Source: an uncultured Clostridia bacterium (GTDB taxonomy: Bacteria; Acidobacteriota; Aminicenantia; UBA2199). From it: a stretch of 64,000 bases of DNA. Of the stretch, positions 9,520 to 19,524 are shown piece after piece. The stretch spans positions 23,318 to 87,317 of the forward strand of contig CAYXHZ010000005.1 in NCBI GenBank assembly GCA_964465065.1, in the 5' to 3' direction. Position numbers and translations under genes: made by a program. Within the stretch, counting starts at the first letter, position 1. Each line of letters begins with the position of its first letter. The notes under the pieces were generated by a model. That model was given only the letters and a program-made list of their open reading frames with translations, made no database searches and was not told where the DNA came from.

Positions 9520-12500
9520 ATCCTCTCGGCCGCGTTCGAATACCAGTTCGATCAATTTTTCCTTCAGAGCCCTGGGGTAGTTTTCTCGGATCAGTTTCAT
9601 GTTCTCCGGGGTCATGAGATCGGGGTTCATGCGGATGCCGACGGCACAGCCCCGACCGGAATGTTTCGCCTTGTACAAGGCCTGATCGGCCAAATTTACG
9701 GCGGCCTCCCAGTTGAAGGCATCGGGGATTCTGGACAATACGGGGAAGGGACAGAATCCGATCGATATGCTGCCTTTGACCGGGGGAGAGTCGTCGATGG
9801 AAAACGGCTGGTCGTTGATGGCTGCAAGCAGTCTCTGGCTGAGTTGCCGGGCTCCTTCGAAATCGTTGTCTTTGGATAGGATCAGAAATTCCTCGCCGCC
9901 CCATCTGACGAGCAGGTCGCCGGCACGCAGGCTGCCCAGGAAACGTTGGCTGATCGTCTGCAGGAAACGGTCGCCGAACAGGTGTCCGTGCTGGTCGTTG
10001 ATGCGCTTGAAATGGTCGATGTCGATCATCAGAAAGCCCATGGCAAAGGAAACGGCTCCACAGTCCGGGCCGCTGTGGGTGCGGACCGCCTGACTGATTT
10101 CGCGGTCGATGATGTTATGGAAATAGCGGCGGTTGAAGAGGGAAGTCAGGGTGTCGGTCAACGACAGGTGCTCCATCTTGTCGTAGGCTTCCTTGAGTTC
10201 GCTGGTCCGCTCGTTGACGGCCTGTTCCAGTTCCCTCTGTCTGGTTTTCAGACCTTGGGTATGACGGTTCAGAAAGAAAAAGAGCAGGCCGATGATGATC
10301 AGGATGACCAGTATCTTGAAAGACAAGGTTTCGTAGAAGAAAGGCTGGAATTTGATCTGCAGGTGGCCGATTTCTCCGTTCCAGATGCCGAAACGGTTGG
10401 AACATCTCAATTCGAACCGATAATCGCCGGCCGGTATATTGGTGTAATGTGCCAGACGGACGTCCTGGCGCTCCTGCCAGTCCTCCTCGAAGGGCAGCAG
10501 CCGGTATTGAAAACGGATTTTCTCGGGAGCCGCAAAGGATGGAGCGGTGAATTCGATGTCGAGGTTCCGTTTGCCGGGTTTGATGGACAGAATGGTAGCG
10601 ATGGGGATCGCTCTGCCGTTGACGGCGATCTTTTCGAAAATCACGGCCGGTGCCGGTTCGTCGGCTTCGAATTTGTTGGTGTCGAGCAAGGCCAGGCCGT
10701 TGGTTGTGGCAAAGCAGGCCTGGCCGGAACGGGTCAGCCAGATGCAGGGCTGACGGCCGCCGTTGCATTCCAGGGCCTTGAGACCGTCGCCGATACCCAG
10801 CGGGTAACTGCTGAGCTGACTGATTTTACGGTCGACTATGTCCAGCAGCTCCGTTTTACGGACGGCGAACACTCCGCGGTTGGAGCTCATCCACATCCAG
10901 CCCTTGCTGTCTTCGACTATGCCGTAGACGACGTTGTGATGCAGGCCGTTGCGGCTGTCGATCGTGGTGAAACGGCCGGCTTTGAAGTGAATCAGGCCGC
11001 CGCCGTAGGTGCAGATCCACAGATTGCCTTCGCGATCACGGTACAGGCCGTTCAAGGCCTCCTCGCTCAGACCGTCGGCTGCCCTCCAGCAGGAAATCAC
11101 CCGGCCGGCACGGATCAGGTTGAGGCCGATATCGGTGGAGACCCAGAATTCGCCAGGGTTGTCGCCCGGGACGAATTCACGGACCGAGTTGTTGGTCAGC
11201 CCTTCACGGGTCGTCAGCCGCGCCAGGGTTCTGCCTTCTTTCCAGTAGGTGATGCCGGCGGCGCTGCCGATGAGCAGAACCCCGTCCGTTTGTTCGGCGA
11301 TGGCGTAGATCGTGTTTTCCGCCAGGGTGGTCCCGAGATGGTACCGGTTTATCGTCTCGCCCTGGATACGTATGAAGCCGTTGTCCTCGGTGCCGACCCA
11401 AAGGGTTTGATCGCGAGGCGATTCGTGAATGGCCGTGACCTGCAGCGATGACAGGCCTTCCCGGCTGGCGTAACGACGGATCTCTCCGTCATGCAAGCGG
11501 TTCAGACCGCCGCCGTGGGTGCCGATCCACAGGCTGCCGTCCATCGATTCCCGTACAGTCCAGACCTCCTTGGCCGACAGGCCGTTTTCGCGGCTGACAA
11601 CCCGGATCTTGTTGCGGACGAGTTGTATCGCGCCGCTGCCGTTGCTGCCCGCCCAGATGTTCTGCTCGCGGTCCTCGAAGACGGATTGAATCAGATCGCT
11701 GTACAGTCCGTCACGTTCCGTGACCGAACTGAACGTACCGTTTTCATACCGCCAGAGGCCTTCGTTCAAGGTACCCAGCCAGACACTGCCGTCGGCACTC
11801 TTGCTGATACCGGTGATCAGGTTGGGCATTCTGGCGACCGGAACCGTCAGGACCTCGAAACGCCGTCCGTCGTAGTGGGTCAACCTGTGACCGCTGCCGA
11901 TCCATAATCCCCGGCCGTCGTCTTCGCACAGGGCCCAGATCCGGTTGTCGCACAGGTCCTCCGGCGCCTGGTAGTGACGGAATGCGCCCTGGTCCATGGC
12001 CCACAATCCCTGATCTTCGCTGCCGATCCACAAGACCTCGCGTCGGTCGATGAGCAGGCTGCGAACCGTTCTGACCTGGATTCCGTCTCGGGGCCCAAAA
12101 TGCCGGATCGAGCCGTCACGGATGGAGAACAGCCCGTCCGAAGTGCCGGCCCAGACCGTGTTGTCGGCGCTGACCGCCAGGGCATAGACGATCGCCTGGA
12201 ACAGGGCGGAGGCGCGCCGGTCAAGCAGGGGAATGAACTGTTGGTCGTGGTATTCGTAAATGCCGCCCCGCCAGGTGCCGATGAGCAGGTGCCGGTCGTT
12301 GTCGAGCGCCAGGCTTTGAATCCAGCTGCTTTTCAGGACGGGGTTGTTTTGGGAATCGAAATTGAAGAAACGTACTCCGTCGAAACGGCTCAACGACTCT
12401 TGGGTGGCCATCCAGATGTAACCGTCGGCAGTTTGCACGATGCTGGGTATGGTGCCTTGCGAAAGACCGTTTTCGATTCCCCAGATGCGGAAATAGAAAT

Positions 12501-12591
12501 CGGACTGAATCGTTTGCCCGTCAGCGAAAACGGGGCAGAGCAGTAACGCCAGCATGACGGCCGTGCCAGAAAACAACGATAGCTTGTTCAT
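9502..12591 (-). CDS. periplasmic beta-propeller (Reg_prop/Y_Y_Y) sensor - TM - GGDEF diguanylate cyclase
   Basis: Signal peptide MNKLSLFSGTAVMLALLLCPVFA. Repeated two-component-regulator propeller motifs (GLSQGTIPSIVQTADGYIWMATQESL.., WIGS/WVGT repeats), then a TM and GGDEF (LTDTLTSLFNRRYF..LMIDIDHFKRINDQHGH..RAGDLLVRWGGEEF..). I-site RxxD present. ATG at 12589-12591. The track start at 12675 is upstream. Confidence 0.8.
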   Translation of the reverse strand: MNKLSLFSGTAVMLALLLCPVFADGQTIQSDFYFRIWGIENGLSQGTIPSIVQTADGYIWMATQESLSRFDGVRFFNFDSQNNPVLKSSWIQSLALDNDRHLLIGTWRGGIYEYHDQQFIPLLDRRASALFQAIVYALAVSADNTVWAGTSDGLFSIRDGSIRHFGPRDGIQVRTVRSLLIDRREVLWIGSEDQGLWAMDQGAFRHYQAPEDLCDNRIWALCEDDGRGLWIGSGHRLTHYDGRRFEVLTVPVARMPNLITGISKSADGSVWLGTLNEGLWRYENGTFSSVTERDGLYSDLIQSVFEDREQNIWAGSNGSGAIQLVRNKIRVVSRENGLSAKEVWTVRESMDGSLWIGTHGGGLNRLHDGEIRRYASREGLSSLQVTAIHESPRDQTLWVGTEDNGFIRIQGETINRYHLGTTLAENTIYAIAEQTDGVLLIGSAAGITYWKEGRTLARLTTREGLTNNSVREFVPGDNPGEFWVSTDIGLNLIRAGRVISCWRAADGLSEEALNGLYRDREGNLWICTYGGGLIHFKAGRFTTIDSRNGLHHNVVYGIVEDSKGWMWMSSNRGVFAVRKTELLDIVDRKISQLSSYPLGIGDGLKALECNGGRQPCIWLTRSGQACFATTNGLALLDTNKFEADEPAPAVIFEKIAVNGRAIPIATILSIKPGKRNLDIEFTAPSFAAPEKIRFQYRLLPFEEDWQERQDVRLAHYTNIPAGDYRFELRCSNRFGIWNGEIGHLQIKFQPFFYETLSFKILVILIIIGLLFFFLNRHTQGLKTRQRELEQAVNERTSELKEAYDKMEHLSLTDTLTSLFNRRYFHNIIDREISQAVRTHSGPDCGAVSFAMGFLMIDIDHFKRINDQHGHLFGDRFLQTISQRFLGSLRAGDLLVRWGGEEFLILSKDNDFEGARQLSQRLLAAINDQPFSIDDSPPVKGSISIGFCPFPVLSRIPDAFNWEAAVNLADQALYKAKHSGRGCAVGIRMNPDLMTPENMKLIRENYPRALKEKLIELVFERGREDRSRPS

Positions 12592-12740
12592 GTCCCAAAT
12601 CTCATTATGCATGTATTGGTCGCGCTTTTCATCGTTATTGCCTGTCGGCAGCCACAATACATCAAAAATTGCCAAACAACAAGTTACTTATAGTCAATCC
12701 GTTCGTTTTTATCAATATTATTACTTGTGCGAGGTGAACG

Positions 12741-15626
12741 ATGAAATTCGCTACCAGGACGATGGTCGCGGTTTGGCTGACCGTACTGGGCGCGCTGCTG
12801 TCGGCGCAGACAGTCGGTCCATTGCTGAAAGTGCAAGACAAAGGACGGAGTTGCGAGATGATCCTCGAGGAACTCCGGGTGGAGTGCGAGATTTTAGGGG
12901 TTCTGTCCGAAACCCGCATGACCATGGTTTTTTACAATCCCAACAATCGGGTCATGGAGGGCGAGCTGACCTTTCCACTGCCGCTGGGCGCGACGGTCAG
13001 CGGTTACGCACTGGATGTCGACGGCCGGATGGTTGACGGGGTGGCGGTCGACAAGGACAAAGCCCGCCGGGTCTTCGAGACCGAAGTGCGTCGGGGTGTC
13101 GATCCCGGGATCGTGGAACAGCTGGCCGGCAACCATTTCCGGACCCGGGTGTACCCGCTGCCGGCTCTGGGACGGCGCACGGTGATGGTCCGCTATATCG
13201 GTGAACTCGATCGCCGGGGCCAGTCCGCTTTTTACCGTCTGCCTCTGTCGCTACCCTATATTCTGAAGAAAATCAGCATCCGCATCCAGTCGCTCGGCGA
13301 AAGGATACAGCCGGAAATGGATCAATCCCCCTTGGCCGATCTGCATTTCATCAATTGGCACCAGGCTTACATCGCTCAGGGCAACGCCGAAAACATCCGT
13401 CTGCAGGGGGACATGGTCATTGAATTGCCGGATGTCGGTCGTCAGCGATTCTATGTACAGACAACGACCCGTGGCCAGACATACTTCTATGCCTGGGATC
13501 AACCGGAGCGGGCGGAACCGGTAGCCGGAGCGGTTCCGGTCCGGCGCCTCACCCTGTTCTGGGACGCCTCGGGTTCCCGTGCCGACAGCGATCATCGCAG
13601 GGAATTCGAATTCCTGCGGGCCTGGTTCCGACTGCAGGCTCAGCCGGTCACCGTCCGGCTGGTACTGCTGCGCAACGGCCTGGATCGGCCGGACATCATG
13701 CCCGAGGTACGGGATGCCGAAGAACTGATCCGTCGGCTCCAAGCCGTCGATTACGATGGCGCTACCAACCTGGACGCTTTGGCCCAGGACAAGGAGCCCA
13801 GCGATATTTCTTTTTTGTTCAGCGACGGCCTGGGGAGTTTCGACCATGGTAGCGGCCGATATCGGCAAGCTCGGCTTTACACGGTCTGCGCGACCGACGG
13901 CGCCGATTATGAGCGCTTGCGCTGGCTGGCCGAGCAGAGCGGGGCTGAATCGATCAACCTGAAGGCTGAGGATCCGCAGACTGCCGCCCGACGTGTCGGC
14001 CGTCCGGTCTTCCAATACCTGGGACTGACGCCGGAAACAACCGGAGTCGATCAGGTGTACCCGTCGCTGCCTCGATCCGTAGCCGATGATCTGATCGTCT
14101 GCGGCCGGATGCGGCAGACCGGCTGCCGGATCGGGCTGAGTTACGGACGTCGGGGAAAAAGTGAACAGGTCAGCGAATTGAATACCGCTGTCGAGCCGGT
14201 CATGCCGGGAAACCTGCTGGAAACCTTCTGGGCATACAAAAAGGTGGCCGAGCTGGCGCAGCAGGCGGAGCGGAACGAGGCAGAAATTCGCCGCACCGCC
14301 AGCCAATACGGTCTGGTTACGGCGCTGACTTCCCTGATTGTTCTGGAACGGTTGGATCAGTACATCGAGCATGGCATCATGCCGCCGGAATCGCTGCCGC
14401 AGCTGCGGCAACAGTACCGCCGCCATATCGACGATCTGGAAACGCAGCGCAAAGGGCGCGAGAAATCCAAAATGGAACGGGTGCTGGCCATGTGGCGGGA
14501 AAGGCTGGACTGGTATGGAACCGATTTCAGCAAACTGCCCGCTCCGAAAGATGATAAGCGAAAAATGTCGCGCAGTCAGGAGGCGACAGCGGAACTTCCC
14601 GCCGCGCTGGCGGGCGGTGTCAGCGCCGATGAGGCGCCGGCACCGGTCCGGGAAATGGCCCGGGATCAAGCGGTCAGTGCCAAGAGTATGACTTCGGATA
14701 AGGGCCGTAATGGAACCAGAACGGTGACGGTCACGCTTAAGGCTTTTGATCCTCAGACCCCCTACCTGCATGCTCTGCAAGCCGCCGCTCCGGATGAATG
14801 GCTCCGGGTGTACATGACCCAGCGCCGCCAGTTCTCCGACTCGCCGTCCTTCTTTGTCGATTGCGCCGATTTCTTCTACCAGAAAAAAATGGCCGATCTG
14901 GCCTTGCGGGTCCTGTCGAATCTGGCTGAACTCAAGCTGGAGGATCCACAGCTGTTGAGGGTCCTGGCCGGACGCCTGACCCTGCACAAGCAGCCGGTCC
15001 TGGCCGGTGCTTTTTATGAAAAAATCCTCAAACTGCGCCCCGAAGAACCGCAGTCGTACCGGGATCTGGCCCTGCAACTGGCCGATCTCGGTCAATACCG
15101 GCGGGCGGTGGAACTGCTCAATCAGGTCATTTTTCAGGACTGGGACCGTTTCAACGGCATCGAAATCGTCGCCCTGATGGAGCTCAATGAAATCATTCGC
15201 CGGGCCAAACAGGCCGGGATCGACGATCTGCCGGTATCGCCTGCCTTCGTGCAGGCGGTCAACACCGATTTGCGTCTGGTGCTCAGCTGGGACGCCGACG
15301 CCACCGATATCGATCTGCACGTAGTCGAACCCACCGGGGAAGAGGTCTGCTACAGCCATAAATTATCGAGTTCCGGAGGACTTGTCTCCAACGATTTTAC
15401 CCAGGGTTACGGGCCGGAGGAGTACGTTGTGCGCCGGGCCATTTCCGGATCGTATCGGATCCGGGTCCGCTACTATGGCTCGCAGTCGCAGCGCCTGCTG
15501 GGACCGGTGACGGTCAGAGTCGACATCTTCACCCATTTCAATCGGCCCGGGCAGCAGAAACGGACGGTGTTGCTGCGTCTGGAGGACAAAAAGGAAATGG
15601 CCGATGTGGCCGAGGTGAAATGGTAG
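12741..15626 (+). CDS. secreted VIT domain + von Willebrand factor A protein with TPR-like region and C-terminal DUF2135/YfaP-like domain
   Basis: Signal peptide. VIT-like N-terminus (RVECEILGVLSETRMTMVFYNPNNRVMEGELTFPLP..RVYPLPA). vWA block (LTLFWDASGSRAD....VDYDGATNLDALAQ...FLFSDGLGSF). C-terminus WDADATDIDLHVVEPTGEEVCYSH...YRIRVRYYG resembles the YfaP/DUF2135 domain (from memory, not searched). Confidence 0.7.
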   Translation: MKFATRTMVAVWLTVLGALLSAQTVGPLLKVQDKGRSCEMILEELRVECEILGVLSETRMTMVFYNPNNRVMEGELTFPLPLGATVSGYALDVDGRMVDGVAVDKDKARRVFETEVRRGVDPGIVEQLAGNHFRTRVYPLPALGRRTVMVRYIGELDRRGQSAFYRLPLSLPYILKKISIRIQSLGERIQPEMDQSPLADLHFINWHQAYIAQGNAENIRLQGDMVIELPDVGRQRFYVQTTTRGQTYFYAWDQPERAEPVAGAVPVRRLTLFWDASGSRADSDHRREFEFLRAWFRLQAQPVTVRLVLLRNGLDRPDIMPEVRDAEELIRRLQAVDYDGATNLDALAQDKEPSDISFLFSDGLGSFDHGSGRYRQARLYTVCATDGADYERLRWLAEQSGAESINLKAEDPQTAARRVGRPVFQYLGLTPETTGVDQVYPSLPRSVADDLIVCGRMRQTGCRIGLSYGRRGKSEQVSELNTAVEPVMPGNLLETFWAYKKVAELAQQAERNEAEIRRTASQYGLVTALTSLIVLERLDQYIEHGIMPPESLPQLRQQYRRHIDDLETQRKGREKSKMERVLAMWRERLDWYGTDFSKLPAPKDDKRKMSRSQEATAELPAALAGGVSADEAPAPVREMARDQAVSAKSMTSDKGRNGTRTVTVTLKAFDPQTPYLHALQAAAPDEWLRVYMTQRRQFSDSPSFFVDCADFFYQKKMADLALRVLSNLAELKLEDPQLLRVLAGRLTLHKQPVLAGAFYEKILKLRPEEPQSYRDLALQLADLGQYRRAVELLNQVIFQDWDRFNGIEIVALMELNEIIRRAKQAGIDDLPVSPAFVQAVNTDLRLVLSWDADATDIDLHVVEPTGEEVCYSHKLSSSGGLVSNDFTQGYGPEEYVVRRAISGSYRIRVRYYGSQSQRLLGPVTVRVDIFTHFNRPGQQKRTVLLRLEDKKEMADVAEVKW

Positions 15627-15715
15627 GATGAAATCTGCAGAAAATGCTAATATAACAGTACAGCCTGGATTCAAGGCCTGAGACGCCGGTTGGCCGTCGT
15701 CGACAAGAGGTGTTC

Positions 15716-17752
15716 ATGCGCCGTGTTGTGCAGATTCGTACGTTTTTGATCGTTGCCGCCATCGTTTTCGGATGCGGATCATTGCTGCTGCCCCAGGCCG
15801 CTCCGGCGGAGCGGACGCCGGACCAACGGCTGGCTGCGGCCAGGGACTTGCTGGAAAAGCAGCCGGATCAGGCCATAAGCGAAATCGACCGACTGCTCTC
15901 CACCAGCGAAGGTTTGAGCCCGATTCAGCACATGGAAGCCTGGATCATTCTGGCCAATGCCCATAACAACAGCGCCAGGCACGAGACTGCGCTGGCCTGG
16001 GCGCAAAAAGCCCTGGACCTGGCCCGGCAGAACCATGCGGTCGAAAAGGAAGTGCTGGCCCGCTACGCCATGATCAACGTGTACCGGAACCAGGGAAAGC
16101 TCGACGAGGAGATCCGTCTCGGCCAAGAGACGCTCAACCAGGCTGAACGAAGCGCCGATCCGCGCCTGATCATGACCCTGGCCAATTCGCTCGGGGCCAG
16201 CTATACCCGCAAGGGCCAATACGATCTGGCGATCGAATGCTTTCAAAAGGCGCTCGATCATGCCGTGGCCGGCGGCGATACCGATGCCCAGACCAAGATG
16301 ATCAACAATCTCTCCTCCCTGCTGATTGCCGTCAAGGATTTCGATCGGGCTCTGCCGGTGATGAAGCAGGGTATTGATCTGGCGGAGAAAACCGGTAATA
16401 AAGCCAATATGGCGACTCTGCTTTCCAACCAGTCCGCCATTCTGGATGAGTTGGGCCGCAAGGACGAACAACTTTCCAGCCTGAACCGGGCGCTGATTCT
16501 GGCCCGGGAAAGCGGTTCGCAGAAAGTGGAAGGCACGGTACTGACCAACCTGGCCGATCTGTACCTGGAGGAAGGCGATTATCCCCGGGCCGCCGAGCTG
16601 GCCCAGCAGGGTCTGAAAATAGCCGAAAACAGCGGGGATCTGTATCAAAGCTATGTCAGCAAGGTGACCTACGCTCAGGCCATCAGCCATCTGGGGCGGT
16701 CGGCACAGGCCATCGCCATTTTTCAGGAGGCGCTGACCGGATTCCAGCAAGCCGGGATGGAAGCGGAAGTCATCGAGGTCACCGGCATCATGTCCGCGGC
16801 CTATGAACAGGCGGGGCAAACGGCCAAGGCGCTGGCGCTTTTCAAGCTTTTCAAGGAGAAGAGCGACGCCTTGTTTCAGAGTGAGAAAATCAAAACGGTG
16901 GCCGAGTTGCAGGAGAAGTACGAATCGGAACAGAAGCAGCGCGAGATCGAACTGCTGAGCAAGGAGAACCTGCTGCAGGCGGTGCAGTTGCAACGCAGGC
17001 AGGATCAGCGCAACATCATCCTGCTCGTCGCCGTTTCTCTGGTTCTGATCTGTCTGCTGGTGTTCCAACGCTATCGGATGATCCGCAAAACCAACAAGAA
17101 ATTGCAGCTGATGAATGTCCGTCTGAACGAACTGTCACTGCGGGATTCGTTGACCGGCCTGTACAACCGGCGTTTTTTCTTCAGTCATATCGACAGTCAT
17201 GCCGCCTACAGCAAGCGCAACATCGACCGGCTTGGCGGCGTGCCCGCGCAACTGGCATTTCTGATCATCGACATCGACAATTTCAAGACGATCAATGACC
17301 GTTACGGTCATCATGTCGGCGATTTGGTACTCAAAGAATTTGCCGCGCGGCTCGCGCCGGTTCTCCGCGAGAGCGATATCCTGGTGCGCTGGGGCGGCGA
17401 GGAATTTTTGCTGCTGGGTCGGGATGTGCACTTCGAGGGCGCCGGGCAGCTGGCGCAGCGGGTGTTGAGTAGCATCGACCGACAGATGCTGACCGTCGAA
17501 AGGGATGAGCGCAACATCACCTGCTCGGTCGGTTATTGCTGCTATCCGTTCGCCGGGGAGGACACGCAGGTCATCAACTGGGAAAAGGCTGTTCAGATCG
17601 CCGACCACTGCCTCTATAAAGCCAAAGCGGCCGGCCGCAACCGGGCCATCGGCGCCCAGGCCGCTTCCAGCCCCATGTCCGTTGAGGATCAGCAGCGGAT
17701 CGTCGACGATTTCGAGCGGGCATGCGAGCAGGGATTGATCCGGCTGGTCTGA
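15716..17752 (+). CDS. TPR-repeat sensor - TM - GGDEF diguanylate cyclase
   Basis: N-terminal signal/TM, about 9 TPR-like repeats, TM (IILLVAVSLVLICLLVF), then GGDEF (LTGLYNRRFF..FLIIDIDNFKTINDRYGH..RESDILVRWGGEEF). ATG at 15716 follows AAGAGG. Confidence 0.8.
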   Translation: MRRVVQIRTFLIVAAIVFGCGSLLLPQAAPAERTPDQRLAAARDLLEKQPDQAISEIDRLLSTSEGLSPIQHMEAWIILANAHNNSARHETALAWAQKALDLARQNHAVEKEVLARYAMINVYRNQGKLDEEIRLGQETLNQAERSADPRLIMTLANSLGASYTRKGQYDLAIECFQKALDHAVAGGDTDAQTKMINNLSSLLIAVKDFDRALPVMKQGIDLAEKTGNKANMATLLSNQSAILDELGRKDEQLSSLNRALILARESGSQKVEGTVLTNLADLYLEEGDYPRAAELAQQGLKIAENSGDLYQSYVSKVTYAQAISHLGRSAQAIAIFQEALTGFQQAGMEAEVIEVTGIMSAAYEQAGQTAKALALFKLFKEKSDALFQSEKIKTVAELQEKYESEQKQREIELLSKENLLQAVQLQRRQDQRNIILLVAVSLVLICLLVFQRYRMIRKTNKKLQLMNVRLNELSLRDSLTGLYNRRFFFSHIDSHAAYSKRNIDRLGGVPAQLAFLIIDIDNFKTINDRYGHHVGDLVLKEFAARLAPVLRESDILVRWGGEEFLLLGRDVHFEGAGQLAQRVLSSIDRQMLTVERDERNITCSVGYCCYPFAGEDTQVINWEKAVQIADHCLYKAKAAGRNRAIGAQAASSPMSVEDQQRIVDDFERACEQGLIRLV

Positions 17753-17771
17753 GGACTGAGCGATCGATCGT

Positions 17772-18272
17772 TCATTGCATGGCCGGCATGCCGAATTGGG
17801 CCCATTCCTCCTGGCTGGGACCGTAGATGCCCGGAACTTTCATGTCCAGAACGCGCATCAGGGCGATCATTTCGCCACGGTGGTGGATTTCATGGGCGCT
17901 CAGAACGAACAGGGTATAACCGTTGGCCCATTTCTCCCCGTACATCTCGACTTCGGTGTCCAGATCGCTGTCCCGCCACTTGTTTTTTACGGCCTGGGCA
18001 AGGATACGGCTGTGCTGCTCGTAGAGAGCGATGATTTCGGCGAAAGTGCCCGGAATGGGCTGATCTTTCAATGTGTCTTCGCTCAGGAGTCCGACCTGGT
18101 GCGGCATCTCCGTGACCGACTGGGTGATGTGCCAGGCCATGCGTTCCAGGGAACGCAGCTTGTCGTTGACCCGGGTTGCCTTCTTGGTCTCGTCGACCGC
18201 CTTGAAAATGGACAGGGTCTTGCCGCGCTCCGATTCCAGGATGGCTAAAAAGTCGCTGATCTTGCGTATCAT
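17772..18272 (-). CDS. DinB/YfiT-family (DinB_2) metal-dependent protein
   Basis: 166 aa, four-helix-bundle family pattern with the conserved HEIHHRGE motif. GGAGCAG RBS before the ATG. Confidence 0.7.
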   Translation of the reverse strand: MIRKISDFLAILESERGKTLSIFKAVDETKKATRVNDKLRSLERMAWHITQSVTEMPHQVGLLSEDTLKDQPIPGTFAEIIALYEQHSRILAQAVKNKWRDSDLDTEVEMYGEKWANGYTLFVLSAHEIHHRGEMIALMRVLDMKVPGIYGPSQEEWAQFGMPAMQ

Positions 18273-18360
18273 GTTCTGCTCCTTTTTTGTATGGCGAATT
18301 ATACAATGAAACCGGATCGGCCGTCATGACCTGTTCGGCGGCAGGCCGAGGGTCCGGACC

Positions 18361-19524
18361 TCAACGGGCGGCGATGGCGACGATCAGGACATTGCGGTAC
18401 GGAAGGCTTTCGGTGGGGTACAGCACGTGAAGGCCGAGACTTTTCAAGCCTTTCCGGGTGATGCTTTCCAGAATGTCGTGCGGGATCGAATCGATATCTG
18501 CGGTTTCGTAAGCCAGTATGGTTTTGAATTCGCCTTTAATGGTTCGATTCTTGATACGGTTCAGGAAGGAAATGGCTGTGTTTTTGGCGTATGCGGCCAG
18601 GGAGTTGAGCCAGACGGTCTGGGGCAGGCCGGCGTCTCTTCTGAGACGGTTCAGGTGTGAGAACAGCCTGCTTTGCGCGTTTCCGTCCAGCATAAGATCG
18701 GGAAATTTCACCAGGGTGACGGCGTAGCAGCCGCCGGGATTGACATCGCTGCGTTGGAAAGCGGCACCCAGGATCCAGGCTGAAGGGCGGCTGGCCAACT
18801 CCCGGGCCAATTTACCGCTGACCTGCCCGAATTCGCTGAAACTGTGGGTGACCAACTCCGCCCTGCCCCATGTCCAGGTTTCGGGCAGCTTGGGGTCGGT
18901 GTCTCCGTATAGGAATTCACCGGCACGCTGACGGCAGAGAGCCTGCAACTCGGGGCTTTTGCCCAGCGGTTCGCGCCAACCGGGAATGGAGAGGTTTTTC
19001 AGCATGGCAACCAGTTCCTGCTCGACTTCCTGCGCGGGAATCGGTGTGAAGGTGCGGGCGAATACCTGGGTCGTGTAGTATTGCTGGCCGTCGAAAGCGA
19101 TACCGATTCCCAGCTGGCCGAACTGGGTTGACAGAATGTTGTTCCGGTGTCCGGGGCTGTCCATCAGGGCCTGGTGGACGATGCGCATGATGAAGGTGTC
19201 GCTGCAGGCGACATTTTCCCCGACCTGGAAAAAGTAGACGCCGGCATCGGCCAGGCGGACGGTCAACGGGTCATAATCGGGGAATGTATGGGACAGCTTC
19301 TTCTCCTGCATCATCTTGCGGCTGTGGGCGCGGGCGACCTCCCGTAAGCTGGCGTCAGCGTCAAGTTCGGGCAAACCCCGGGCGCTGCGTTCCTGGTTGA
19401 CCCATTCGAGCAACCTTTCCTCCAGCTGATCCAGGTCGAGGCCGAAATCCTCCACCTGTTGAGCCGGGAGGGCACGGCCGATCAGACACAGCCCGAACAG
19501 CAGAAAAATGATGTAGATGCGCAT
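18361..19524 (-). CDS. secreted CAP/SCP/PR-1 domain protein (paralogue 1)
   Basis: Signal peptide, then the CAP block (LLEWVNQERSARGLPELDADASLREVARAHSRKMM...HQALMDSPGHRNNILSTQFGQLGIGIA). About 200-aa C-terminal extension. Confidence 0.65.
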   Translation of the reverse strand: MRIYIIFLLFGLCLIGRALPAQQVEDFGLDLDQLEERLLEWVNQERSARGLPELDADASLREVARAHSRKMMQEKKLSHTFPDYDPLTVRLADAGVYFFQVGENVACSDTFIMRIVHQALMDSPGHRNNILSTQFGQLGIGIAFDGQQYYTTQVFARTFTPIPAQEVEQELVAMLKNLSIPGWREPLGKSPELQALCRQRAGEFLYGDTDPKLPETWTWGRAELVTHSFSEFGQVSGKLARELASRPSAWILGAAFQRSDVNPGGCYAVTLVKFPDLMLDGNAQSRLFSHLNRLRRDAGLPQTVWLNSLAAYAKNTAISFLNRIKNRTIKGEFKTILAYETADIDSIPHDILESITRKGLKSLGLHVLYPTESLPYRNVLIVAIAAR

